From an uncultured Gammaproteobacteria bacterium (GTDB taxonomy: Bacteria; Pseudomonadota; Gammaproteobacteria; PS1; Pseudothioglobaceae), in NCBI GenBank assembly GCA_902512035.1, contig CABXHG010000002.1, forward strand, positions 7,152-71,151: DNA of 64,000 bases. Reading direction: 5' to 3'. Shown here piece after piece: positions 1 to 8,320 of the stretch (within the stretch, counting starts at the first letter, position 1; each line of letters starts with the position of its first letter). Both the position numbers and the translations under genes were made by a program. The notes under the pieces are model-generated. The model was given only the letters and a program-made list of their open reading frames with translations, did no database searches and was not told where the DNA came from.

Positions 1-1160
1 AGCAAGTTTTTTGGAAGCTGTTTATAGCCCTCAATATCTTTACCAAGTTCATACATATTGATATCAAGTGGATCGCCAGGGTCTCGATTTGCAGCTATAC
101 CATCTAAACCACATGCGAGAATAGCAGCTTGCATAAGATAGGCATTCGCAGCACCGTCCATTAACCTTAATTCAAATCTTCCAGAGTCAGGAACCCTAAT
201 CATATGAGTTCGATTGTTACCTCCATAAGTAATTGAGCTTGGCGACCATGTTGCGCCAGACAAAGTTCTTGGGGCATTAATTCGCTTATAACTATTAATA
301 GCTGGATTAAAAATTGCTGTTAATCTATCAGCACTATGCATAATGCCACCTAAAAATTGATAAGCTAAAGAAGATAATCCCAAACCTCTTTTATCATTAT
401 CACCATTAAATAAGTTTTTAGTTCCATCAAGACTCCAGATAGAGAGGTGGGAGTGACAGCCATTACCCGTTAGATGAGTAAAAGGCTTCGGCATAAATGT
501 TGCGCGCATCCCATGGAGTTCTGCAATCGATTTCACCATAAATTTAAAAAACACCTGTCGATCCGCAGTAGTCAGTGCATCATCAAAATCCCAGTTCATT
601 TCAAATTGGCCATTAGCATCCTCGTGATCATTCTGATAGGGACCCCAACCCAATTCAATCATACTATCGCAAATTTGCTTAATCACTGGATATTGACGCA
701 TTAATGCCTGCTGATCATAACAAGGCTTGCTTTGTTGATCTTTCTCATCTGCAATATCTGTTCCATCATCATTAATTAAGTGGTATTCGCATTCAACACC
801 AGTCTTCATAAGATACCCAAGCTTTTCTGCTTCCTCCAGCTGTCTCTTTAATGCAACTCTCGGTGAAGCCTCAACAGGTTTACCATCCATCCATAAATCA
901 GATGCTAACCAACCTACTTCGGGCTTCCATGGTAATTGAATCAAACTATCTGGATCAGGAATAGCGAACATATCTGGATGTGCAGGAGTCATATCAAGCC
1001 ATGCAGCAAAACCAGCAAAACCAGCGCCTTCTTGTTGCATGTCATCAATGGCTCTAGCTGGAACCAATTTTGAACGCAAACTACCAAATAAATCCACGAA
1101 ACTTATTAGAAAATACTCAATCCCTTTTTCTTTAGCTACTTTACTAAGTTTAGTTGCCAT
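1..1160 (-). CDS. gmaS: Gamma-glutamylmethylamide synthetase (GlnT-type GS-like), 3' end beyond the left edge
   Basis: Hand translation from ATG at 1160 (AGGAG RBS): MATKLSKVAKEKGIEYFLISFVDLFGSLRSKLVP...GAGFAGFAAWLDMTPAHPD...DHEDANGQFEMNW...FMPKPF...SGATWSP...NNRTHMIRVP. Directly follows mgsABC. Not in the ORF track because the stop is outside the window. Confidence 0.92.
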   Translation of the reverse strand, partial: MATKLSKVAKEKGIEYFLISFVDLFGSLRSKLVPARAIDDMQQEGAGFAGFAAWLDMTPAHPDMFAIPDPDSLIQLPWKPEVGWLASDLWMDGKPVEASPRVALKRQLEEAEKLGYLMKTGVECEYHLINDDGTDIADEKDQQSKPCYDQQALMRQYPVIKQICDSMIELGWGPYQNDHEDANGQFEMNWDFDDALTTADRQVFFKFMVKSIAELHGMRATFMPKPFTHLTGNGCHSHLSIWSLDGTKNLFNGDNDKRGLGLSSLAYQFLGGIMHSADRLTAIFNPAINSYKRINAPRTLSGATWSPSSITYGGNNRTHMIRVPDSGRFELRLMDGAANAYLMQAAILACGLDGIAANRDPGDPLDINMYELGKDIEGYKQLPKNL

Positions 1161-1198
1161 AAATACTCCTATCAATAGTCTCAAAAATTAAAACCTAT

Positions 1199-2521
1199 TT
1201 AAACTCCATTTTTTCCAGGAATCCACTCAGTGCCAGCCAAAGGCACGCCTGCCATTGCTGCTGCCTCCATAGTTAATGCTACCATATCTTCTGGTTCTAG
1301 ATTATGCACATGACTTTTACCACAAGCTCTTGCTAAAGTTTGTAGCTCTAGAGTCAACACATTGAGATAATTAGCCAAGCGACGACCTCCCAATTTAGGA
1401 TCTAGGCGCTTTGCCAAATCAGGATCTTGAGTGGTTATTCCAGCAGGATCATTACCCTGTTGATAGTCATCCCAAAACCCAGCGGCAGATCCAATAGCCT
1501 TATAATCTTCATCAAACTCAGGGCTTTGATCGCCTAAAGCTATTAATGCAGCTGTTCCAATAGCAACAGCATCAGCTCCAAGCGCAAGAGCTTTTGCGAC
1601 ATCAGCGCCACTTCTAATACCCCCAGAAACTATCAATTGAACTTTGCGATGCATATCCATTTCATGCAACGCCTCTACGGCCATTCTAACCGCTGGCAAT
1701 GTTGGAATCCCTACATGCTCAATAAATACATCTTGAGTAGCCGCAGTGCCACCTTGCATTCCATCAACGACAACAACATCAGCTCCTGCCTTAACCGCAA
1801 GTGTGACATCATAAAATACACGGGTAGCGCCAACTTTGACATAAATTGGTTTCTCCCAATTAGTGATTTCTCTGAGTTCTTGAATTTTTATCTCCAAGTC
1901 ATCTGGCCCCGTCCAATCTGGGTGTCTACAGGCTGAACGCTGATCAATTCCTTCAGGTAGATTTCTCATTTGTGCAACCCTTGGGGAAATCTTTTGACCT
2001 AAAAGCATTCCTCCCCCTCCTGGCTTTGCACCTTGCCCAAGAACAATCTCAATTGCATCTGCTCTTCTTAAGTCATCAGGATTCATTCCATATCTAGAAG
2101 GAAGGTACTGATAGATAAGAGTTTTAGAATGCCCCCTCTCTTCAGGAGTCATTCCCCCATCACCTGTTGTTGTGCTTGTTCCCGCAAGTGTTGCGCCCCG
2201 CCCTAAGGACTCTTTAGCCTGAGCTGAGAGAGACCCGAAACTCATACCTGCAATCGTTATTGGAGTCTTCAAATGAATTGGCTTTTTTGCAAATCGATTT
2301 CCAAGAATGACTTCAGTCGTGCACTTTTCTCTATAACCTTCTAGAGGATAACGTGAAGTAGAAGCACCTAAAAAAACCAAATCATCAAAAGTAGGTATTT
2401 CTCTTTTTGCACCAAAACCACGGATATCATAAATGCCTGTTTTTGCTGCACGTTGAATTTCAGCAATGACATGACGAGGAAAAGTCGCTGACTCAATTAA
2501 TGTTGGATTGTCTTTACTCAT
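1199..2521 (-). CDS. mgsC: N-methylglutamate synthase FMN-binding subunit (GlxD)
   Basis: Glutamate-synthase FMN domain motifs GMSFGSLS, TGDGG, GQGAKPGGGG, DGMQGGT; standalone 440 aa; glxBCD-glnT context. Confidence 0.9.
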   Translation of the reverse strand: MSKDNPTLIESATFPRHVIAEIQRAAKTGIYDIRGFGAKREIPTFDDLVFLGASTSRYPLEGYREKCTTEVILGNRFAKKPIHLKTPITIAGMSFGSLSAQAKESLGRGATLAGTSTTTGDGGMTPEERGHSKTLIYQYLPSRYGMNPDDLRRADAIEIVLGQGAKPGGGGMLLGQKISPRVAQMRNLPEGIDQRSACRHPDWTGPDDLEIKIQELREITNWEKPIYVKVGATRVFYDVTLAVKAGADVVVVDGMQGGTAATQDVFIEHVGIPTLPAVRMAVEALHEMDMHRKVQLIVSGGIRSGADVAKALALGADAVAIGTAALIALGDQSPEFDEDYKAIGSAAGFWDDYQQGNDPAGITTQDPDLAKRLDPKLGGRRLANYLNVLTLELQTLARACGKSHVHNLEPEDMVALTMEAAAMAGVPLAGTEWIPGKNGV

Positions 2522-2533
2522 AAATCTTTCTCC

Positions 2534-3208
2534 TTAATAGTCATCGACTTGATCGATATCAAAATTATATAACTTGCGTGCTGATCCATACCGACGAAAC
2601 TCATCTACACTGTAATTCATTTTTGCCATCTCTAAAAGCTTGGCCAACTCATCCTTATGTTCTTTTTTCATTTCTTTTTCAACACAATCCGTTCCTAGGC
2701 TTTTGACTTTTCCTCGAACAAAGATTTTTGTCTCGTAAATAGAATCTCCCAAAGCGTCACCAGCATCGCCACACACCACTAGGTTTCCTGACTGAGCCAT
2801 AAATGCACTCATATGCCCAATATTACCACCAACAATAATGTTCATTCCTTTCATTGAAATGCCACAACGTGAACTCGCATCGCCCTCAATAATCAACAAT
2901 CCTCCATGGGCGGTAGCTCCCGCATATTGAGAAGCGTTACCAGTAACACGAACTTCACCAGACATCATATTTTCTGCCAGACCTGGGCCAGCATTTCCAT
3001 TAATTTTTATAGACGCCTCTTGATTCATACCTGCGCAGTAATAACCAACATGGCCATTAATCTCCACATCAATCTCCTTGGTAAGTCCGACAGAAAGAGC
3101 ATGTTTACCAACAGTATTATTAACAATGAATTTCTTACCAGGCGAGCCGCCTTGTAATTTTTCATTGAGCTCTCGAATAGTACTCTTTTTCAAATCTATT
3201 GTTGTCAT
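2534..3208 (-). CDS. mgsB: N-methylglutamate synthase GXGXG-domain subunit (GlxC)
   Basis: GltB C-terminal/FwdC beta-helix repeats (GHVGYYCAGM, GLAENMMSG, RCGISMKG). Start placed at ATG 3208 because AAGGAG lies just upstream. Confidence 0.88.
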   Translation of the reverse strand: MTTIDLKKSTIRELNEKLQGGSPGKKFIVNNTVGKHALSVGLTKEIDVEINGHVGYYCAGMNQEASIKINGNAGPGLAENMMSGEVRVTGNASQYAGATAHGGLLIIEGDASSRCGISMKGMNIIVGGNIGHMSAFMAQSGNLVVCGDAGDALGDSIYETKIFVRGKVKSLGTDCVEKEMKKEHKDELAKLLEMAKMNYSVDEFRRYGSARKLYNFDIDQVDDY

Positions 3209-3210
3209 AT

Positions 3211-4104
3211 TTAACTCCTTTTCCAACTATAAATTTGGGTTGGTTCTGGCTCCCAAATGCGTGCATTTTCAGCACCTGGCAGAGTCGCAATTGCACGATA
3301 CTCTGAGGACATTGCTGCCCAATCATCAGTTTCTGCCATAATTGCTGGCTTACATCCAATCGGATCTCTCATAACAGCAAAGCCATCTTTAGTTCCAATG
3401 GCAAAAGTATAAAATCCATCTAAATCTTCTATAGCATGATTCAACGCTTCATCCAAATCATCGCCTTCACTTAAACGCCAGCTCAAATAGCCCGCAGCAA
3501 CCTCGCTATCGTTATCTGTTTTGAATTGAACTCCTACACGTCTGAGTGTTTCACGAAGACGATTATGATTTGACAATGAACCATTATGCACCAAGCATAA
3601 ATCTTGCCCCGTAGAAAATGGATGCGAATGCTCAGTTGTAATAGCGCTCTCTGTTGCCATACGAGTATGTCCTAGAGCATGAGTTCCAGTCATACTTTTA
3701 ATATCAAATTGTTCAATAAAGTCAGAAGGATTACCTTTCCCTTTAAAGATTTCAATATTACTTCCTGCACTCGTAACACTTAACTCAGCCCAATTTGACT
3801 GGAGCCAATCTTCAACTTCATTTATGGATGAGCCCAATGAAAGTACTGCGTGATTCTGATTAACAAAAAATTTATTAACAGAAAAATTAGTGCTCACTGA
3901 TTTTTCAAAATTTACCCAATCAAAATCCACCTGTTGAGTAAGTACTGTAATTTTACAACCTCTTTCGTTTGGATCTCGATACACAGCCATACCAGCACTA
4001 TCAGGTCCACGCTCAGTCATCTCACTTAACATTGGAGCAACTAAGGCACCCAGTTGAGATTCAAGCTTAGAATTCTTAATAAAAAGTCCAACAATTCCAC
4101 ACAT
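3211..4104 (-). CDS. mgsA: N-methylglutamate synthase class II amidotransferase subunit (GlxB)
   Basis: Ntn motifs MCGIVG, RGPDSAG, GHTRMAT, HNG, DSEV, RDPIG. Confidence 0.9.
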   Translation of the reverse strand: MCGIVGLFIKNSKLESQLGALVAPMLSEMTERGPDSAGMAVYRDPNERGCKITVLTQQVDFDWVNFEKSVSTNFSVNKFFVNQNHAVLSLGSSINEVEDWLQSNWAELSVTSAGSNIEIFKGKGNPSDFIEQFDIKSMTGTHALGHTRMATESAITTEHSHPFSTGQDLCLVHNGSLSNHNRLRETLRRVGVQFKTDNDSEVAAGYLSWRLSEGDDLDEALNHAIEDLDGFYTFAIGTKDGFAVMRDPIGCKPAIMAETDDWAAMSSEYRAIATLPGAENARIWEPEPTQIYSWKRS

Positions 4105-4205
4105 ATTTACTCCAAATAAAAAAGTAATCTTTGAATTAAAATTAACTCAAAAAAATGATAGTTTAAATGAAAAACGAACTACTTTTTTGGTAATGATTTT
4201 AATAT

Positions 4206-5624
4206 TTAATAGAGCCTTAAAAACTCCTGAACTTCCCAGTCAGTAACCGCTTGATGATATCGATCCCACTCATCTTTCTTGTATGAGAAAAATTGAAGAA
4301 GCATTGAATCACCCAACACTTCTCTTGCAAAATCATCTTCATTTAATTCCTCAATAGCCTCTAAAAGATTACGAGGTAATGATTTGATATTTGAAGCCTC
4401 CATCTCTTCAGGACTCAATGTATATAAATTGATATTCAAAGGCTTGCCTGGATCAATCTTATTTTTCATTCCATCAATAACTGAAGCAGTTGTCATTGCA
4501 AGCGATAAGTATGGATTCATGCACATATCTGCAGCACGGTTTTCTATACAAAATCGATTTTGAGGAAGTCTAAGCATACACGAACGGTTGTTATCGCCAT
4601 AGCCCATTGTTGTCGGAGCCCATGTATAGACTCCACCTTCAAATCCGCCCACAATTGGAACAAGTCCATTGTATGAATTAACCGTTGAACAGGCTATTGC
4701 GGTAATTGATGTGCCATGTTTAATGAGTCCTCCAACTGCATGATAAGCCTGATCAGAGAACTTGCCACCCTTTCCTTCAAAGATATTTTTATTGTCTTTA
4801 TTACTGGTCATACTAAAATTAATATGTGCTCCAGATCTCCAGTCTCCAATCGTTGGCTTTGGCATAAATGTGATGAACATTCCATATTTTTTTGCTACTT
4901 CTTTAAGTAATACTCTTAAGAATACTAGTCGATCTGCCATTTGTAGAACATCAGTGTAAGTAAAGTCTAATTCAAATTGTGAATAAGCGCCCTCAGCCAC
5001 AACATCCTTCATTTCCCAACCTAACTCATTGATGGTGTCGATTAATTCTTTAAGAAACTCCATTGAATCTATTGAGTACTCAACGTCATAACCAAAAGCC
5101 TGTCTTCTAGGACGAAGTCCTTCTCCTGGCAATGGGTCATCATCAACCGCTTTTACAGGCTGTCCATTTTCATAACGCATTGCAATAAACTCTGGCTCAA
5201 TTCCACAATAAGCCTTATAGCCAGCATCGTCAGCATTTTGAATTGCTCGTTTAAGGGTCTGTCGAGGACATAAATTGTATGGCTCGCCCTCCCACCATAG
5301 GTCAGAAAAAACCCATACACATGTCTTATCCCAAGGACATATCGTTAAGCTATCTAGATCGGGGACAGGGATTTGATCAGAATCATTAGGTCCGAGTTCA
5401 GGTACAAATGAGACCGAATGAACTGCAAATTGTGGGCCTTTTCCTGCACATAAGGCTTCAAACTCAGCAAAAGGGATTGGCTTAGTTTTAGGAAGTCCAA
5501 GCATATCAATCCAACAAGAGAGAATATATTTAATGCCTGCTTTTTCCAGCCTTGCTTTTTCTTGTGCAACACGCTTTTTTGAGGGAAGTGCGTCTGCCAT
5601 TTTTGTATGGTAAATCTTACTCAT
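4206..5624 (-). CDS. Glutamine-synthetase-like protein, probable gamma-glutamylamide ligase of unknown amine specificity
   Basis: GIEPEF, QFEL, FMPKP, NRSCMLRLP, IENRAAD...NPYL motifs; lacks GlnA FDGSS and GYEAP. Confidence 0.85.
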   Translation of the reverse strand: MSKIYHTKMADALPSKKRVAQEKARLEKAGIKYILSCWIDMLGLPKTKPIPFAEFEALCAGKGPQFAVHSVSFVPELGPNDSDQIPVPDLDSLTICPWDKTCVWVFSDLWWEGEPYNLCPRQTLKRAIQNADDAGYKAYCGIEPEFIAMRYENGQPVKAVDDDPLPGEGLRPRRQAFGYDVEYSIDSMEFLKELIDTINELGWEMKDVVAEGAYSQFELDFTYTDVLQMADRLVFLRVLLKEVAKKYGMFITFMPKPTIGDWRSGAHINFSMTSNKDNKNIFEGKGGKFSDQAYHAVGGLIKHGTSITAIACSTVNSYNGLVPIVGGFEGGVYTWAPTTMGYGDNNRSCMLRLPQNRFCIENRAADMCMNPYLSLAMTTASVIDGMKNKIDPGKPLNINLYTLSPEEMEASNIKSLPRNLLEAIEELNEDDFAREVLGDSMLLQFFSYKKDEWDRYHQAVTDWEVQEFLRLY

Positions 5625-5654
5625 TTTTTCTCCTTCTATTTTTTCAAATTAATA

Positions 5655-6203
5655 TCAAATTTTCTCTTGAGACTTTAACAAAAACTGATTTTTAAATGTC
5701 GATAGACCTTTCATAACCTCAACATCCTTTATATCATCATTATTAAAACAATGTTCTTCAAGAAAATTACTTAATGTATCGTCACTCTCTGAAGCAATCT
5801 CTACTAGTAAGTCATATCGACCAGTAACCCACATAATAAATACTATTTCATTGCAACTCTCTAGCCTTTTAGCAACACTACTAGGGCTTGAGCTGGATGC
5901 AACCTTGATGCCTAACATTGAATCAGTTGAATAGTTTATTGCTGATCGATCAACGAGTGCTTTGATTTGCAAAACTCCAGCATCCTTCATACGGTTCACT
6001 CGATTTCTAACTGTGCCCTCTGAGATATCAAGAGCATTCGCAATCTCTTTGAAAGGCAATCTCCCATCCAACTCAAGCAAATCAATGATTTGTTGATTTA
6101 ATTTATCTTTAAGGGTATCCCTTGTTGGTAAACGAGAGTTCGAATCGTGATTCGTATCATTATTTTGATTTAAATTTATTAATCGACTACTTGAGTTGCT
6201 CAT
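5655..6203 (-). CDS. Lrp/AsnC family transcriptional regulator
   Basis: HTH LELDGRLPFKEIANALDISEGTVRNRVNRM; C-terminal RAM motif VTGRYDLLV. Confidence 0.92.
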   Translation of the reverse strand: MSNSSSRLINLNQNNDTNHDSNSRLPTRDTLKDKLNQQIIDLLELDGRLPFKEIANALDISEGTVRNRVNRMKDAGVLQIKALVDRSAINYSTDSMLGIKVASSSSPSSVAKRLESCNEIVFIMWVTGRYDLLVEIASESDDTLSNFLEEHCFNNDDIKDVEVMKGLSTFKNQFLLKSQEKI

Positions 6204-6212
6204 ACTATTACT

Positions 6213-6617
6213 CTAGTTTTGTGGCATATCTTCTGGATCTATCCCAGGAACAAATGTAATACCTGCTTGTTGCTTCCAATCATGAGGATAAGCCGCATAA
6301 AAAATAATGCACTTTTCATCACATTCATAAGCAATTGAATTGTCCTTTGGTATATAAAGAACATCTCCCGGATTGCATTCATAGGCAACACCGTCACAAG
6401 TTAATCTAAATGTTCCTTCCATACAGTAAATAATCTCATCGCATGTTAACTCCCATGGAACAGATACTTCATTCAAAAAATTAAGTCCACCACACATTGT
6501 ATCGCTCACTGCACTAGTGACAAAAGGCTTAATGTAACTTTTGCCTGGTTCAAGAGTATGGAGGCGATGCTCAATTTCACTAAATTTATATAATTTTGGT
6601 TTATTGTCTTTCATCAT
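6213..6617 (-). CDS. EutQ-like cupin
   Basis: WELTCDEIIYCMEG...PGDVLYIPK...YAAYPHDW resembles EutQ. Confidence 0.75.
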   Translation of the reverse strand: MMKDNKPKLYKFSEIEHRLHTLEPGKSYIKPFVTSAVSDTMCGGLNFLNEVSVPWELTCDEIIYCMEGTFRLTCDGVAYECNPGDVLYIPKDNSIAYECDEKCIIFYAAYPHDWKQQAGITFVPGIDPEDMPQN

Positions 6618-6623
6618 TTTTCC

Positions 6624-7049
6624 TTATTCAGTTAATTCAATTTTTTCATTTAACTCAACAACATAGCCATCAGGATCCTCTATAAAGGCAAGTATTCGTG
6701 TTCCTGCATTCATTGGCTTAGCTGGACTTATTATTTTGGCACCACTAGCCTCTAGATCTTCAACTGCTTTATATACATCTGGAGTCTCTATACAAATATG
6801 ACCCCAGCCATTACCCTTGTCATAATGCACCTCCTGATCCCAGTTATGAGTTAACTCTAATGCTGGAAATTCTCTTTCTGGGCCATAACCAACAAAAGCA
6901 TTTGTATAGCGCCCTCCTGGGTAATCAGTTTTTCTTAAAACGTGCATCCCTAATATGTCACAATAAAATTCGATTGATTTATCTAAATCAAGCACTCTCA
7001 TCATTGTGTGTGCTAATCTATACTCACTATTAAAATTTTCATTTGTCAT
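6624..7049 (-). CDS. gloA: Lactoylglutathione lyase (glyoxalase I)
   Basis: HTMMRVLDLDKSIEFY, LELTHNWD, GNGWGHICI, FIEDPDGYVVEL; all four metal ligands (H,E,H,E) present. Confidence 0.88.
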   Translation of the reverse strand: MTNENFNSEYRLAHTMMRVLDLDKSIEFYCDILGMHVLRKTDYPGGRYTNAFVGYGPEREFPALELTHNWDQEVHYDKGNGWGHICIETPDVYKAVEDLEASGAKIISPAKPMNAGTRILAFIEDPDGYVVELNEKIELTE

Positions 7050-7070
7050 AATTACTCCTCATTAATTATT

Positions 7071-8171
7071 TTATTTTGTAACAGAATCTACAATCATTTG
7101 CTGAAATGCTCTCACGCTATCCTCCCAGTAAGGAGAGAGCAATCCTCCATCTTTAGAAACTGGAGATAATCTTCCAAGCTGCATTCTTTCGCAAATTGCA
7201 TGGTCTTCCTTATGAACATCCCACCACAATTTCTTAATTTCATCTAGACTTTTGTCAGAAATAACTTTCCCATCAGTTGTATAAATAACCCTCTTTTGAA
7301 GAGTATGCCCCGAATCAATTGGCACATTTAAATAAACTCCAATCTGGTCAGGAAAATACCTACCAATAATAAAATTAGGAAATAATGTCAGGTATCTTGA
7401 ACTAACCGAAAGACTACCCTCAACCTGATCACTCTCATCTAAATCAATTGCACTGCCTACACAAACGCCATCGACTATTGTGTAATGATCTTCGAGTGGC
7501 TGGTTTGTAGTTGTCCTATGAACAAACTGAACATGGTAGGGCTCAATAAAGTTTTCCATTAAAAATTTCCAATTCGTTGCGATTTTTCCAAAATCTAAGG
7601 TTGCTACTGGGGTCACTTTTTGAAAATCTATATCTTTAAAATTGTTAATTAAGGGCTTTGCATACTCTTCAAAATCTTGCCCTTCATCATTTAAATTAAT
7701 AAATATCCAATCATTCCAGATTGCTATTTTTACCGAATGTAATCCATGTTTAGATATATCAAAACCTTCAGGTTGATGTTCACTTCCTCCAAAAAAAGGG
7801 GTGGCACAAAGATCCCCATCCAGATTATAAGTCCATGAATGATAAGGGCATGAAAGCATAGGACCAACATTGCAAGGCTCATCCACTAGTTTTAAACAAC
7901 GATGGGAGCAGACATTATGAAACGCGTTTATTTCCCCATTAGAGTTTTTAATGAGAACAATAGGTTGTCCACCAATAGCTATAGGTATCGCATCTCCAGG
8001 CTCATTAAATTCATGAACAAAACCAGCAAATACCCAATTGTTTGAGAAAACAGTTTCACATTCAGCATTAAAAAACTCTTCACTAGTGTAGGCCGAACTA
8101 GGAAGACCATGTTTTAAATCATTCTTTTCATTAAATGAAGACAAATTATTTTTAATAATTGATGTATCCAT
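7071..8171 (-). CDS. Rieske non-heme iron oxygenase alpha subunit (choline monooxygenase/CntA/GbcA-like group)
   Basis: Rieske CSH-x17-CPYH; mononuclear Fe motif NWKFLMENFIEPYHVQFVH and EDHAICERMQ. Confidence 0.88.
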   Translation of the reverse strand: MDTSIIKNNLSSFNEKNDLKHGLPSSAYTSEEFFNAECETVFSNNWVFAGFVHEFNEPGDAIPIAIGGQPIVLIKNSNGEINAFHNVCSHRCLKLVDEPCNVGPMLSCPYHSWTYNLDGDLCATPFFGGSEHQPEGFDISKHGLHSVKIAIWNDWIFINLNDEGQDFEEYAKPLINNFKDIDFQKVTPVATLDFGKIATNWKFLMENFIEPYHVQFVHRTTTNQPLEDHYTIVDGVCVGSAIDLDESDQVEGSLSVSSRYLTLFPNFIIGRYFPDQIGVYLNVPIDSGHTLQKRVIYTTDGKVISDKSLDEIKKLWWDVHKEDHAICERMQLGRLSPVSKDGGLLSPYWEDSVRAFQQMIVDSVTK

Positions 8172-8215
8172 GTTTTAATTTAAATATTTTAGATATGAGA
8201 TTATAGACCTAATTA

Positions 8216-8290
8216 TTACTTATTAAGTAAATACTTAACAATAAATTACTAATATAGTCATTTTTTACTTAAAAATTAATTAATATGTAA
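8216..8290. promoter_or_regulatory. Three phased 15-bp palindromic sites (TTACT-N5-AGTAA), putative Lrp/AsnC operators
   Basis: 8216 TTACTTATTAAGTAA (perfect arms), 8246 TTACTAATATAGTCA, 8276 TTAATTAATATGTAA; exact 30-bp spacing in the divergent intergenic region. Confidence 0.5.
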
Positions 8291-8320
8291 ATATATTTGG
8301 TATTATTTGTGCAGTAAAAG

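Noticed and set aside
474-704. 76-aa plus-strand ORF and the many other short ORFs antisense to or nested in real genes (e.g. 1637, 2906, 20174, 27208, 39357, 55153)
   Set aside because: Shadow ORFs lying opposite or within well-conserved genes, with no motifs or RBS
1199-4104. Fragmented glutamate synthase (gltB) pseudogene
   Set aside because: Three intact ORFs with RBSs match the naturally split mgsABC/glxBCD next to gmaS
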